Source of the DNA: Penicillus capitatus
Lineage: Eukaryota > Plantae > Chlorophyta
NCBI GenBank assembly: GCA_965649825.1
Contig: OZ287710.1
Coordinates: forward strand, 124,001-188,000
Direction of reading: 5' to 3'
Length of the DNA stretch: 64,000 nucleotides
Under the pieces are notes generated by a model, which worked only from the letters and a program-made list of their open reading frames with translations, was not told the origin of the DNA and did no database searches. The position numbers and the translations under genes are program-made. This document shows positions 24,883 to 40,016 of this stretch, piece after piece. Position 1 is the stretch's first letter. Every line of letters begins with the position of its first letter.

Positions 24883-27721
24883 CTAAGCCATAGAAGTACT
24901 GGGCTGCATTTTGTTGCCGCTCTGATTTCGGGGGAGAGAATGAAAACCTCCACCACTGCCTTCACCTCGACCACGGCCTCTGCCACGAACATGAGCTCCA
25001 CCGCGTACATGACCGCTTCGAGCGCCTAATAACAAACAGAGACATTAGAATGAAATGCTGAATGTGGCGGCGTACGGTTAGAGTAGTTCTTTCGGACGCC
25101 GCCAGGTCCGTCATCGTCCCAATGTCCTTTTCGTCTTCCTTCTTCATCATCATGAATGCCGCCCGTTCGAAGGGAACGCAGATGTCGTTCATTGATTTCC
25201 AGCAGTAGATTCACTTTGTCTGCAAATTGAACGGCTGCGGTTTGCAGATGACTCGATTCTACGTTCTGCATAACAATCGTGTTGGTTGGCTGATCCCAGG
25301 CTCCGCGAATCTCTTCGTTGATAATCAGCTTGCTCACAATGGACTGCACCTACACAAGAAAGCAGATATTCAACTTGATGCCGCAGAGAGATGCGGCTGT
25401 ACTTTTTCTGGAGGAAGTTCAAACATGTCACACAATTGACTGCGGCTGAGGGAAATGTACTGCTCGGAATAAGAGAAAAGAAATGTCCTCAATGCTTCCT
25501 CTTTCATTTTCATTTTCAGCATTTCGAGCACGGAATCTTTGTTCTGCATCAGATTCCAGCACGACAGGGCCGTGACAAAATCATAAGCTGTCTTCCAATC
25601 CCCTCTCATCATCGCTTTGGTCGCAGCGACCACATGATCTTTGACGTTCTCTGGCGGACCAGAGAAGGTATGTCCAGTATAGTTGTCCAGCAACCACGTA
25701 AAGGGTTTGCTGATCACACGATGACTTGTCGACGAAAGTGCCGACGCTGCTAGACTGGGCACTTCCAGGAGCATGGCCGAGATGAGATGCACACATTCCA
25801 GAAGCTCCAGATTGATGTGCATATGGAATGGCATCTGTCTTTGGCGTTCGCGTTTCTCCTGCTCCGGCGATTTTTCTTGATAGCGATTCATGGCAACTCC
25901 TTGAGCCAAGAGTTCCTTGATCCGTCCTCCGGCATAGAGCTCCGACAAACAGCTCTGAGCATCGGTTATCAAACCGGCTCGAAATGCGGCCAGTCCCATC
26001 TGGGCAGCCGTTCTGTTGTGCAAGACCTGTGTCAAGATGTCCATCATTCCGGCATTGTCTTGCAGATGGCTCATCAAGAGACGGTCGCGTGCGGTGTAGA
26101 AATCATCGTGGATGCATTTATGGTAGATACTCATGAGAGTGGCACGTGCCTTTTCCCTTTCGTCTCCATGAACAAACACAATCTGTCCCAGAACGTCCAT
26201 GGCGACGAAGGGACTCTCTTCCATCTGGAAATCCTGTGGAATCTTTAGTACCATCTGCTCGTAATCGAAATCGTCGGCGCCTTTGTCTTCCTCGTCACCC
26301 GTCAAATCACCATCCACACCTGTCACATCAAATCCATATGATCTGTAAGCTCGCACTCAAGCGATCTCACTCGTCTGATCTTCGACAGCCTCTGTCTCGG
26401 ACTGCTTTTGGATGGCTAAGTTTCTCAAGGCGGCGTAAACGGCTTCTGCTTTGTAATAGTAATGCTCCATAAGACGGAGAGCCAACATCGACCTGCCTTT
26501 CATTCCCTCGTGCTCCTGAACAAAAGTGAGGACTTTTCTGCCCAGCGCCAGAAAGAAGACTTCATCCTTGAGTCTCTGCAGATAGAGATGCGTATGCGGA
26601 TCAATAAATTGCAGACTCTTAAAAAATTCATCATCCAAACGCTCTACATACGAGACCAACGGACACCAGGCCATTGCTTCTTCGTTCTCTTCATCTGGCG
26701 CCTCTTTCAGTTCTTCGAGCTGATCCATTTCGACCACGAGTTTAATATTCGGATGCTCTTTGAGAATGTCCAGAATCTGAAAACAGCAATGCACACAGTA
26801 CTTCCACTGTGAGATGCGCATGTGGGTCGTCATGTTTGGATTCAGATCAAATAGAGAGGAGATGACATGTGACAGCACTGTGACTGTCTGAGATTTTCCC
26901 CTCGCGACAGACACTAAGTACTGCAGCATCTCCAGTCTTTCAGTCTTGTCTGTGCCTCTCTTCCCTCTCGTCTGCATAATCTCATGCAGTTTCTCAGCGA
27001 CCATGGCATAAGTGATATCTGCTGGATCCATTGTTCGGAAACTGTCCTGCTTCTTCCCTTCCAGTTCTGCGGCATCGGGCGGTGCGACATCTCCCTGTTC
27101 AGACTCCGTGGAATCTGATAAATCTGATCCCTCCTCTGACGGCAACGGATGGGCACGAATCTCGGCGATCTCTTTGATGTAGTTCTTGTTGTGTTTAAAG
27201 AGTTTGTGTTTGAGAACGGTGAGGGCTTTGAGATTTGAAGGGCTCATCTTTTTGCGTCCCTCCACGTCGGACCACGTTTCTAAGCAAAAGTCCTCCAAAC
27301 GAACCAGCATTCGGACATATCTCTTGGGAATCGTCCCGTCGCCAATGGCTTTGACGGTGCGTTCCATTTGCTGATTGAGTTTGGTGAAGGCTGTCTGGAT
27401 GGCATTCCAGTCATTGATCTTCATTTTTTGCCAGAGTTCGTCGCAAACGGCACGCAGTTCCTCCATGCGCCGTACCTTCTCAGGCTTCACGACGCGTGCC
27501 TCGCCGTCGGAGTCGGAGCTGTCGGTGAAGCCAGTAACATAACGGCCGTCCGGGCGGTCATCCCCATCGCTCTCAACGTCTGAACCCGTATCTGTCGAAT
27601 CGTCCTTGTCATCTTCCGATACCTCATCGCTGCTCGGCGTTTCGGTGTCGGCGTCTGAGCTCGACCCCGACGAACCACGACCCCAGAAACGACCATAAGG
27701 TTGTTTAATTTCAGAGGCCAT
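24883..27721 (-). CDS. EIF3C: Eukaryotic translation initiation factor 3 subunit c
   Basis: RFWGRGSS..acidic N-terminus, KINDW, KMSPSNLKALTVLKHKL, IDPHTHLY, RQMPFHMHINLELLE, FSGPPENVKDHV, PCI domain, RG-rich tail. Confidence 0.97.
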
Positions 27722-27856
27722 GACGCAGACGTTAAAGGCATACACAGAAATGGCTTACATGGCAGAATTTGAATAAAGATGTGACAGGTCAGAGGCGAAC
27801 AACCAACAACAAATTGCTTTGGAAACGGATCGATCGTCACCACACAAAGACCAAAT

Positions 27857-30800
27857 CTAGAGGTCCTCAAACTGAGATGCCCATCTGAAAATCTCTTGTT
27901 TATCGAGCCACGCTTCTCCAGGCAAGGAAGGAAGAGATGCAATGTCAGCACGGATCCATTCGATCACACGATCCCAATCGCGGGACTTGGGCATTTCTTC
28001 CTTCATCTTTTCTTCTCTCTGACAGGCCAGCATCAAGAAGTATAGCAGTCTCCATCTAAGGATCGGATTAATCTTGATCGTAATGAGGGACCATGGAGTG
28101 AGCCCTTGAGTTCCTTTGAAGAGGAGGAAAGAGAGTTTGGCAGTATCGAAACGGTCTCGCACGCACACCAGATCCAGAAAAGCATTGACAATCATGACAA
28201 ACTGCTCCCCATCACAGTTTTCCATATCCGAGAAGTAGTCCTGCATGCATTCCAGCAATTGTAGACTGCTTGGTTCGTCATCCCAGGTCATGAGTATCAA
28301 CAAACGCACAGCGCCACGATCGGCAAGAATGTCGGGACGCAGCAAGGACTTGAAGAGATGTCGCTGTGCCGCAAACTTTCCCAAGACGTGCCTGACATCG
28401 GCATCCAGACCCACAAGGGGATTTCTTGTATCGTCATCCTCGTCCGCCTCTGAACAGCAACATCAGAAAGGTTCTTACTCCAGATGATTGAGTATTAGCA
28501 CCTGGTTGCTCGAGACAGTTGTTCACGAGACGTACGATGCAACGGTTGGTGATGTCCAGGCTTCTCAGCAGCTGTCCTCTGCCTTGAAGGTAAACAATTC
28601 TTGCAAAACGGCATGCTTTGTGGAGGAGCGATTCGAAGAGACTGAGCCACTTCGTTTTGTCTCCATAGCCATAAAGCACTTCTGCAATGAGACATGCAAT
28701 GTCTAGAACGCGTGAGACATCAAAATTGACGTTCCAACGATGATCCAGGTAATCCGACACCACCGACAGGAATCGCAGAATACGCAGATCTGGCCGCTCT
28801 GCATGACCCTGCTCGAATACACCCATCACAGAACGGATCGCCTTGGACAGAGAAACGTACCTGCTCGTCCGCAATTGATAGACTCTGAATGAGCTTTGTC
28901 AGAAACTGTGACAAGAAGTCCTTGGCTGCTTCGTTGCCCTGAAGAACCAGACATCTGAAGCTGTGCTCCGCATGATCGTTGAGTTTCTGCAGCGCAATGT
29001 CGCGAGCGATACGGTTTTCCACAATAACAGAGATAGCATCACCCCAGTCAATTCCGTCAGCATGCAGAAAGACACAGGGCGTCAAAATCACCTTTGCACC
29101 ATGAACTGCATGAGAGATCGTTGTGGTAAATGATGAAGACTTTGAAGATGTATTCGCAGACGACGGACGCGACATTCTTGACGGTTGTAATCATCTCATC
29201 GATATGCTCCCCTCGACTGGTGAAGCTCTCATCTGTCGGTTTCTCAGATGATGTGACACTTCCGCTGCTGCTGTCGCAGGTGCTGTCTCCTCTGCTGCTG
29301 CAAGGTGTCACTCGGCGCATCTTGCGGCGATTGAGATCATCTTTACTGGGCATCGTTTTCAAGAGCTTGAGAATGAAATGCATATAATTTCTCTCGGCCA
29401 AACGGCAGGCCGAGAGCAAAACCAAATTATCATTCAGCACTTCACGCTCGATGATTGGAGGCACAGCTGTGGTCGACTCAACACAAGCATCTGTGGACTG
29501 AGAAGCAACGCCAGAACTGGAATCTTCCGAGTCGTACGGGACATGTTCATATATGAGAATGTAAGCATTGTTCATCCTAAGCAAGGATATTGCAAGAGAT
29601 CCATCAAGTGGTGTGGGAAGCGAAAGTGGTTGTGTACTTTGTGATGCGTTGGGTATCGTGCATATCGATGCCTGTGGTACCTCCATAACAATCTTCCTCC
29701 AGTCTGGCGTCGTCCCAGACCTCCACAAAACTGTCATCGAACCGCCACCACTTACAGTGACTGGCGCTTCGATGTCCAGACGGACGTTCTTTGATGAAGG
29801 AGTAGTAATGCCCTCCATCAATTTCACCTGTATGCACCACGATTCCTTTGAGATGATAATAACACTGTGCGGGATTGAGCTTGGGACTGTCGTCTCCTCC
29901 ATTCTGCACATCCTCCTCGTCTACCATACAGACATCACCTGAAAGACGCTTACATGTTTGGTGATGCCCTCGTTCTGCATAAGACCCGATGCGGTGTAAG
30001 GGAAGATATTAAGTTCCATAGGAAACTCGAATCGATCGTTGTTCTTGTAGGTTTCCATCAACTGGTAATCCATTTCAAATCTCTTGAGTTGAAGGACAAG
30101 AGTCATGGGAGGGGATTTGAGACACAGGCGTTTCAAGGCTGGGACTTTTTTGCCGATGGGCTCGCAATGGTATGCATCGGATCCTTCCAAGAGCTCTCCC
30201 TGAACATAGGCTTCCAGACTCTCATGCAAATTTGTTTTCCCCACAATATCCAAAGAGCACGACGTGTAGGTCTGCTCTGTTGCACTGATATATGTTTCCC
30301 CATTGTCTTTGCAGATGATCTACAGAAACGCCTCAGCGCGTGTGCTGGATGCGTCTTGTCAGAAATGACCTGCTGGACATGGGTTGTTCCCACCACATTT
30401 TTGATTATAGGCTTCATGCCATGACGCACCAAGTGCTCGTCCACGAGTTCCTAGAGGGTAGGTAACGTTGTGAAGGAATGGAGCAGAAAACGGCAGACTT
30501 GTGTTCTTTGGAAGAACTCTAGCGCATCGTGATGTTGTCTCACATCGATACGTGTCCCATCACCATGTGTGAAGCTGTCTAAGAACTCACGGGGATAGTA
30601 GCAACGTCGTCCGCTGCTTTGCAAATAACCAAAGACTTTCTGAAGTGCCGAAAATGCAGATCTGCCATGATCTTCCTTGTGTGGATCACAGTGGGCGGCC
30701 AGGATCGTATCTCTGATGGCGGGCTGCATGAAGAGCTGTTGAATGATGGAATTGATGTAACACGTTGCCCCTCCGTTCTGGAGACCAACGTATCCATGAG

Positions 30801-33800
30801 GAGAACGGGCGGCATTCGATCCAGCCACTTCCCTGACGGAAGCTCTGGGTCCAAAATGAAGTTCATTCAGGCACTCCAACGCAGCCTTGTGATTCAAACT
30901 GCGTTTTCGCATTAGTTGGACGAGAAGATCAAAGGCAGCATGACGCGCACAGTCAGGATTGGTCTTGGTTTTCATGATCTGCACGACTGTCTCCGATTGC
31001 AACGGCTCCAGCAACATCTGTGCTTTCGTCAGCAGAACAGCTTCCGGAAAGAGAATGTCTTGGATCAAGAACGTCACGAGATCACTCTCGGATGAGCGAA
31101 GCTGTGCACTCGGTTCCAACACGTTCAGCAAAACAATGAGCAATCTCAATTGATGACAAAGCTTCATGCCTTCTGGCTGACGCTCATATGGAGCCTCCTT
31201 GATACATTGAATGAGCTCATATGCCAAGGACTTCATATCTTCCATCTAAACAGCAGAGATCTCACGGATTCGTGTGAAAATGATCAGAGGCAGGAGGGGG
31301 ATTTACTTGTTCAGGAGATGGGTGTTTTAGGGAAGGTTGGATGAGATGTTCAATCAATGAATAGAACTCGGCGCAATGCATGGACTCTTGATCCGCTTGA
31401 TCGCGGTGTTTCCTCGCCCATTGGTACAAGGCCTCAGCTGCTGACTCGCTCTTACGACTGATGGCCATGGTGAGCTGGCAGAAGGAATGGCGAATTTTGG
31501 GCAGTGGATTCAACAGTTCCCACATCAGAGTTTCCACGATGCCTGGACAGCACAGAGTGGGAATGTGTCGGGCTGGGAGCTATGGTCTGCCTGGGTAAGC
31601 GAGAAAATACTCAAGTGCCAGTCTCCATTGTTCGATCATCTTGATGATTTGCTCAACGGCCACTTCAATGAGTTGCACATCCGTGATGGCCGGTTCGACA
31701 AACGGCTTCCATGAACGACTGGCGTCGACGGCCACGCCAATGAGATATTCGATCACTCTTCCCAGGACCTGTGCCGAATGGATGTGCTCACGCTTTTCTT
31801 CAGTTGCTGTTCTCGTCACGGCAGGCATCGAGACAGAATCCACTGACATGCACCCCTGCAATTCCGATTCCTGAACACCATAGTATGTCCATCTGACAGT
31901 TATGTCACTCAAAACATGGTCACACATCCTGAGATGCAGCAGTGGATGCCTCTTGGTCGACAGCGATGACCTTTTCCATGGCCACATGTTCCGTCTCGCC
32001 AGTCGTGGTTTCGACGGCGCCCTCGGCCGTATCCTCTCTCACGATACTCATACCAGAAGTCGTGTTTCCTTTTCGCTTCTGTTCGGCATGGTGCTTGGCA
32101 GCAGTAGCTGACCCAGATGCCGAGACATCCATAATACCCGACTCCACATCGCGACTCGATTCGGACACCATCATGCGATCTTCGGACTCCTCCATGGACT
32201 TTTCCTGAACAGTGTCTGCGAGGATAAGTCGCTCTGCAGGTCTTGAATCTTCTCCTTGTGGAGATGAATGTGCACTGCACGTTGAAGAGTTCTTTCTTTT
32301 CAGTCGCCACATTAGGTGTCCCACAATATCTACTCCAATACTGTGCAGTCTCTGCTGAGCCATTGGAATTTCCTCTGCATAGAGATAGAGAACCGTTTGC
32401 TGAATGTTTTCGTATGCGTTACCTGGGCGTACATTTGAAAGATCCACACGTGCAATTGTATCCAAAATATACGCAACACAACAACACCCAAGCTCCTCAA
32501 AGTCATCTCTGGTGGATGCCACATACTTCAATGCCCCGATAATGGCCTAGAGAACGAGGCATTGTCATCAGCGGCGAGAAGAGGTGCTGAGGTACCCTTA
32601 AAGCATAACGCGTTTGCTCAACGGTGTGGTTGAGTGTCTCTGAAGGAAAGAGGTCCTTTTCAAGTGCCTCTGCCAGTTGCTTGGAGGGCGTGTAATTCAA
32701 AGCCTCACTCAGAGACATGAGCAAAGGCTGATGGACAGGCAAACTGTCCAGTACAACGCATACGCTTTCATGCAATGATGCAGAGCACACAGAATCTGCA
32801 AGAAAAACTAAGATCCTGTTCATCTCGTCCTGAAACACAGAGTGACATCATTGTCCATTGGATAGCAGGAAGGTGTGTGACATACAGACTGTGAGAGCAT
32901 GCTCTTTAGATTGCCGACGATGGAGAACTGCTTTTCTGTCGTTGCCTGACCCAGTGCAAAATCCAGAGCATCGATGCAACGACTGATGTAGGTTCCATAG
33001 ATGCCATCGATCTTCGTCTTTTCTTTGCAGAGCTTCTCAATGACAGCCGCACAGCTCATTTCTGGATCTCCTTGGGCCAGTTTTATTAAACTGTCCGTCA
33101 GAGATGTCATGAGTGTCTGCAGGAATTCATTGAGCAATTCGAGGTGCAAGTACAGCTTGATGATCAATGATTTTGAATTGGAGACGACATCTGGGATTGC
33201 CGTATTTAAGAAAATCTTCCACAGGAACTTCATGGCCGGTTGATCGTCGATAGATTCCTGAAAGTAGGAGATAGACTTGAAGAGGCACATCTGGAAACAT
33301 TCAAATGCATGGATGTCCATCTCGGCCACATCCAATTGGCACATTCTTTCATGGAGGAACTCAAAAAGCGTCGCAGAAGAGAACATGTGTGGTGGATATT
33401 CCATTCTGTCACATAACCATCGCAGGACGTCTTCTCTGACATCCTCATGCAACGGATGTAATACACAGACATCCCAAATCCGCTTCGCCAGATTGATGGA
33501 GAGGGATCTCTGCAACGAATGAATGGTGTAGAGAATGTGGTTGATGAGTCTACGGCAGTAATAGATGTCAATCATAGCGGAACTGCTGTTTTGCATTTTC
33601 TCCATCAAAGTGTGATAGCGCTCCAAGGTTGAGACCAAGAGATCCAGAGGATCCACATTGAGGTGCTTGTTGGAATAGCATTCGTCTGCCAAGAGAAACA
33701 TCTCGACGAAGACTTGAACCATGGTGTGCGAAATGCGCCCGTTTTGGAGAACATCGATGGACTTGTGAAGATACTTCTCGGGGAGATCGTAGCAGCCACG

Positions 33801-35745
33801 TTGAAAGTAGTTCTGAATGCATTCTCTGAAATGCGCCGTCTTGCTAGAATCATCCAGTGTGGTCATCTCTAACACTTCCCAATAGAGTTTTAGCAGAGGC
33901 TCCACACAGTCCACCTAGCAGTCAGTCCACGTATTGAGAAACGGAAGTCATGGTCAAGGACAGTGACAGAAGTGTCTTCGCGTTGAAGAATGGCGTGAAG
34001 AATCATGAAGTTCTTGGCAACATAACCAGGACTGCCAATTCCTTTGCTGATGCGATCAATGACGTAACGGACGTGATCCAGATGCATCTTCTTGGAAAGA
34101 GCTGTGGTCATTTGCACCATGTTATCTCTCAGACCCTCAAAAACGCCATCCTGCATAGCATAGGCATATGAGAGTGCGCTCGATGGATGACAGAAAGAGA
34201 TGACAGGTTCGATGAGAGACCACAAGGCATCGATGTGTTCGGTCTCAAAAATCTTGCACTTCACCATGCGTTCCAAAACAGCCAGAACCTAAATTATAAA
34301 GAGTGAGAGTGGAACCAGCATCTAGGCGTGGTTGAACGTGTTCTGCATAGTGCACTTTTTCGACATGTGATGCAAGCATCATACCAACGATATCTTCCCG
34401 ATTCAGCCACATTTCTAATTCCTGCGATCACACGAATGACGTGACGTGTCATGACTTATCGATCGTCGTGGTACTTGAAGGGGGATCGGATCGTCAAAGA
34501 CAGCGACTCCGTCTAAGTAACTCCCCAAACAGCGCACGGCTGTAAGTCTGCCCTTAAAGTTTCCTTGTTTGAGTTCCTCCTTCAGGACATGTCTCCTGAA
34601 CACGCCCACCTGCATGATCCCATTAATGACATATCCTTCCACACGGCAGGAATCGACCGTCTCTTCTGCAGAGGTAGCAGATTCCGTGAAGAAGACAATT
34701 CTGTACAGATGCTCCATGAACGTTGGAGAAGAGAGAAATGCGAAATTAAGATTCTCGATCGGACTCTTTCGAACATCAGACATCGCCATTTTCACCACAT
34801 CATTGAGAGGGCGAAGCATTTCCTTGTCAATCCCCGAGCATGTCATCTATCCACATCGCTCTCCATCTCCGCCGCAGAAGAGGTGTCCCGTTACTTGAGA
34901 AAAGAGTGTCAGAATAGACTCCAAGAGTTCTTCCGATGTCGGATCCATGTACTCTTCGTACACTTGGTGAGAGAAGAACTGCTCCAGCATCTGGAACAGA
35001 CAGGTGCTCACTCTTTTCGTGAGAGCAAAAGAGTGACCGACTTTGCACACAATTCCGAGACAACTGTCACAGATCTCCACAGCCAGCGATTTGGGCCACA
35101 TGTCATCAGATGGATCTGAAGAAGAGGCTCCAGGAGAACAGGAGGGAGATGGCACATGATCCGAGAAGTGCAGGTTCATATAGATCATTGTCTCCGTGTC
35201 AAACAGCAGATCCAAACATCTGAAGGCTCTGAATGCCAATTCTGGAAAAACTTTGAAATCGATCTCCGTTGTCTTTTCGAGTGATGTTAAGGCGATTTTG
35301 TTCAATAGTCGACCCCATGCCACGAATTCAGGCAGTAAATTCTCCGTGGGTTCTTGTCGGAGAACCTGTTTCCATAAGATGGGGAAGATTTGCGTCAGGA
35401 ACTCCCGACTTGGCCGAAATATCTCGGCTGTCAACCTAACTCCGAGACGACGTTCTTAGAAGATGGCGTGTCGTGATGCGGTGTATAGGGTTCTCACCGT
35501 TCCGCCTCGACAAATGTCAGAATCGCTTGGAGACACTGTCGCGTTTCAGCTGCATGCAAGACGAAACGCCGGTCGACCCGAAGTCCTTTTTTCACCGTTT
35601 CGAAGATTTCAAGCGAGTATACTTCAGATACGTCGTCGTCTGGATAGTCCTCTGTTTCATTCGTCATCTCGTGACCGGAATCGCTCGCGGAACTGAGCGA
35701 ATCGGACATATGACTCGCGGCGCCATTCACAGACTCGGCACTCAT
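27857..35745 (-). CDS. Very large ubiquitin carboxyl-terminal hydrolase (USP9X/USP24/USP34-like)
   Basis: Chain of minus-strand exons. Cys box GLQNGGATCYINSIIQQLF, QHDALEFF, LVLQLKRFE, His box YHLKGIVVHTGEIDGGHYYSFIKER, WWRFDD; long helical N-terminal region. Confidence 0.9.
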
Positions 35746-35855
35746 GGAAACAGCGACGACGACGAACGAACGAACGGCACGAACGCACAAACAGGCAACG
35801 AAAGGCAAGGCAATGGACCAGACGTTTGAAATGAAAAGCATCTAAGTGAGGCGCC

Positions 35856-36349
35856 ATGTTCCCGGTATCTTCCTCTGGGCTACGCCTGTCTCTCGGTGAT
35901 GTCCCGACGGACATCCATGTCAGTCGCTACGCAGATCGGCTTCTGTGTTTCGTGACCCAGACAGGCACATGTGGATCCATCCTTCAGGCAAAGTGCGTTT
36001 GGGTTGTTCAAAGGCGGCGAACGACATCGATGGGGTGCAGAACGGTGGTTCGTGGAGACGGGAGCGTCGATGTGGTGATCGAGCCTCTGTTCGGTCGACG
36101 CGATCGCGAGGAGATGTTTGTTTGTGCAAAGAGATTGGCATTAAAGTTTCGCCAAGAAGCACAAGACTCGAGGTCTGTTTAAAGAATCCGTCCGCCCCCT
36201 ATACAAATGACAGCTTTATATGATAATGTAGACCCCTCATTCTGTGCATGGCCTTGCATGAGCTTCCTCCACACCAGATGCAAAAAACTGTCAACGCGGC
36301 TCATGCTGCCTATCTCAGACTGCCAGCGAGAGACACAGAAAGAGTATAA
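35856..36349 (+). CDS. PSMG3: Proteasome assembly chaperone 3
   Basis: TDIHVSRYADRLLCFVTQTGTCGSILQA, VIEPLFGRRD, RPLILCMAL match the PAC3 pattern. Confidence 0.8.
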
Positions 36350-36453
36350 AAACAAAAACACAGAACCTCATTAAATCCAACGGTACTGCACCTCTAAGTC
36401 TTCGAAATAACAACGACAACAACAAAAAAACGATGCGGGCTTGTCCACATGCC

Positions 36454-37962
36454 TCATTGGGTCGCATTATTGGATGTCATACTATTAACGGGGGTAGGTA
36501 TCTGTCCAGACGTCGAAGTGGTTGTGCTCAGCATGTCTGGAAGAGAGGCCAACTCAGCCGCCGGCGTCTCGGGCGTGACAGTGACGTCTTCACCCGCATC
36601 CATAGCAACGGCCGATGTGAACGCCAGTAGATCTGGTTTTTGTGGATAGGAATGCACCATCAGTGTTGCCACTTGTTCAGGTCTCAAGATCTAAAACCAC
36701 AACCCACATGACTTCTATCTCTCTCAAATCGCATTGCTCGATGTCACCTTATGGATAATGGTTGAGCAGAACTGAAGCATTGCATTGTTCTCGACTCTGA
36801 GGATGTCTCGCAGTCGAATCACCGTCTGGTTTGTCTTCAAATGTTCCAGTGCGATTTTGTGTGCCACGGTCTGCGATACAAGTATGGTCTGAATTGTTAA
36901 ATGGAGCTTCTTTCTTTCATCCACCAATCCCTGCAACTGATCGATATACAGTCGTCTCAATTGCACCAGTTCTGTCTTCTGGATCTCGGACAGCTTTAAC
37001 TGACCCAGAACGGACTGCCATTTTCGCAGCTCCTCAATTTCTGAAGTATGATACTCGCGAACAATCCAGACTTTGCAAAGCAGTGGATTGATAACGCACA
37101 GCTTCATGAAGACTTTGCTCACTTCTTCGATCAATTCCCGAATTCGATTTGTCGATCCCCCCGTACTGGAATTAAACTCGACCAATGCTGACGATATCTC
37201 TGTCACGTATGTATGCCAAATCTGCATAACATCTTCAGGGGTCATCTTCTTCAGAGACTCCGTGCTCAGTTTCAATTCTTTGCCCTTGATGGCAGTGAGA
37301 CTCAGCGATGAACGACGGGTGCCGAGTTCCTTTTCGTGTTCAGCCTGATCCGATTCTGCCGCTTGCTGTTGCTGCACAAGCTTGATATGCTCGTCTCGCA
37401 TAGCCAAGACCTTCTCCAGGAGACTGTTATGGCTCTGCAGAGATGCATTCTCCATCACCAACTGCTCAACGCGTTGTTCAAGAGTCGTGATCTGTTGATG
37501 CAATTCATTGATCTTTGCCTTCTGCCGTTCGCGAAAGCGTTTTTGAGCCATACGATTCTTCTCTTGCACTTGGGAATGCTTGGCATCTGTCTTAGAGATG
37601 GCGTTCCGTGGCGTGGAACTGTTGTTCCGTATAACAGTTGCCGATCTTCTGCTGTTTTCGTAGCCAACAATCGCAGGTTTTGTATCCACTATTCCCAACG
37701 CTGTCGCGGATGGCCGATTTTGGAAATACCCTTGGTCCGGCGCCACGAACTGTGGCGTTTCCAGAAACGGCTGAGTGGCATTCAGGTCATAGGTGTCGCC
37801 ATAACTGCCTTGTTGCTGCTGTTGCTGCTGTTCTTGCATTGCGGGCGTCACCACGCGACGCTCGTTTAATGTCACAAGATAACTCTGCAAGGCTTCGTCG
37901 ATGTCCAGGAAGTTGTCAACGAGCTCCACAGATTTAAGACCTTCGCCAGATAAAGCGTCCAT
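36454..37962 (-). CDS. bZIP transcription factor (chlorophyte type, long helical C-terminus)
   Basis: QEKNRMAQKRFRERQK basic region plus heptad Leu/Ile zipper; poly-Q; one intron before the last exon. Confidence 0.9.
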
Positions 37963-38145
37963 TCACTTAATCGATGCTCCTGGCGATGCACCGGACGAGA
38001 GTTACGCGAGGATGAGATAATGAGGGATGCGCGGTTTTGAGTAAAATGACGGAAAACCTCCTCTTCTTATCAAATAATCATTGCGTCATCCTTAGTAAGC
38101 CCTTCTATCAACAGTTATGAAAAGACAGCCACGTGTCCAATCGCA

Positions 38146-39614
38146 TCAGCGATGACTTGTCCCGAACTGTGCAAAGAAGTCAGGGGAGACGTGGTTGGCA
38201 TAGATTTGGTCTCGCTCGTTGTCTCGTTTAATCTTTTCTCTCATTTGCCATTCGAGAACGGAGGCAGTGTCTTTGGCATGCTGGCGACGCAGAATCTCGG
38301 CATGACGGGCGGCTACACAAGCAGCACGCTGCACCGCCATCTCTTGTCGCGCCATCTCCACGCTCTGTGCCTCGCTCTTGATCTTCGCAAGCCTCTTCAC
38401 CTCACACTGTCGTCTCCTGTCGGATTCGATCGCTTGTAGCTCATCGGCACGCATGCCTTTCCAACATTCTTTTCTTGCCTAATCAAAGAGGCTCAAAATG
38501 CAAAGCGTATAGAGTGCATGTCGTGCGTCTTTACGTTTTCGGGAGACGCTTCGTTGAGGAAGAGAGACTCGGCCATACTCTCCAGTTCTTTTGTGTTCTG
38601 CTCCTTTTCAAATGCTCTGCAGGAAAGTGCATTCTGTTGCTTCGTCTCGGCAAGTTGCTGATTGTTTGTATCGATTTCGCCACGATAAGCGCGTCGCCGT
38701 TGTTGTTGTGCTTCGGCCGTGCGCAAAAGCACAACCTGTTGAGCACATATCCGTCCACAAACGGCATAGATTTACAAATGACACAAACATCTTGTTGCTG
38801 AGCCACATGCGCTCTGTGTTTCGCCTCAAGCATTTCTTCAGCGTTTCTTTGTTTCCACTCCTCCTCCTGCTGTTCCCAGTTCGCTCGATTTTCATTCTTC
38901 TGCTCTCGCTCCCTTTGTGCCGCCTACAGAACAGAGATGTCCCAGGAATTCGAACGCCGAAGAGTAGATAGACCCCGAGATCTTCGCCGTCAAACTGCTG
39001 CAGAGACGAGGGGCCGCAACGCGGATCGTCGTCCCCCACTCGACCCGGCAAGTCGATACGCAGCTGGTCACCTCGGTTCAAATCCCATTCACGACGGTCG
39101 GTTTTTTTCTGGTGTTTTGAGCGAGACACGACAGACTGCCCATGCGAATGAATGCATGCTCGGTGGAACCTGTTGCTCTGCCCAAAAGCGTCTGTGATCC
39201 AAGGCGACATCTCTGCGTTGTTGTCTGGCTTCCTCCTGCAATTGACGCACACGGCGGCTATGGTTGCGCTCGATCTGTGCCTCAACGCTATTATGACAGC
39301 GCAAGACATGGATGAAGCGCAATGGAGAGCGCTCCATATTACTTATCGGCCTTGTGTTGTGCAGCCACTCTCTGTGCTTTTTCGGCGACTTGACAATTCA
39401 GCGCTTCAACGTCTATCTGCGAAAACATGCATTCGTTGCTTGTTGAGATTCCAGTCGTCTTTTTGACGGCAGAATGGCGCGCGCCGCTGTATCATGGCGT
39501 GAACAGGATGCCGTCCGTCTCTTTCCTTACCCCAATGGTTCGTCGCTTCGAATCGAGCATGGACCCGAGTCTGTCCGAATCATCATTGCGAATTTGAGCG
39601 ACCAGCTTGCCCAT
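38146..39614 (-). CDS. RIB43A: Flagellar protofilament ribbon protein RIB43A
   Basis: N-terminal LDSKRRTIG, coiled coils, and C-terminal IYANHVSPDFFAQFGTSHR resembling the RIB43A terminal motif. Confidence 0.82.
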
Positions 39615-40016
39615 CCCGCGGCAAAGAGTCCACTCTTCACGGATCAATGTTTGTAATGAACAATGTGAACATGTCAAACGACGTTAAGACCACATGATAA
39701 TTCAATGAGGAAACCCATCGTCACCATATCAGGCGACGTATCCGCACGGACCTAAGAAGAGCGAGGGGACTGTGAAGTTCTAGATAACAATGCGCTTGCT
39801 GTACGTCGTCTTTTTATTGGCCAAGCTGTGATGGATGGAATGCCACTCCGTCGCGGAATAGCGTCCCTGTAAGAGCGAATTGGTATTCAATTATTCTCCC
39901 GCCGTGTTCGCTTGCAAAGTTTCACAATATTCGTTGAAAAGTTAGCGAATCTTACAAAGGTGTTGTCGTTCGAACGCATTTCTTTGCGTTTCCATAGGGT
40001 GACATGCGGAGAGTGT

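Noticed and set aside
29568-30424. Long antisense or alternate-frame ORFs in the track (also over eIF3c, bZIP, BUD13)
   Set aside because: They are shadows of well-supported genes on the other strand, with no independent motifs.
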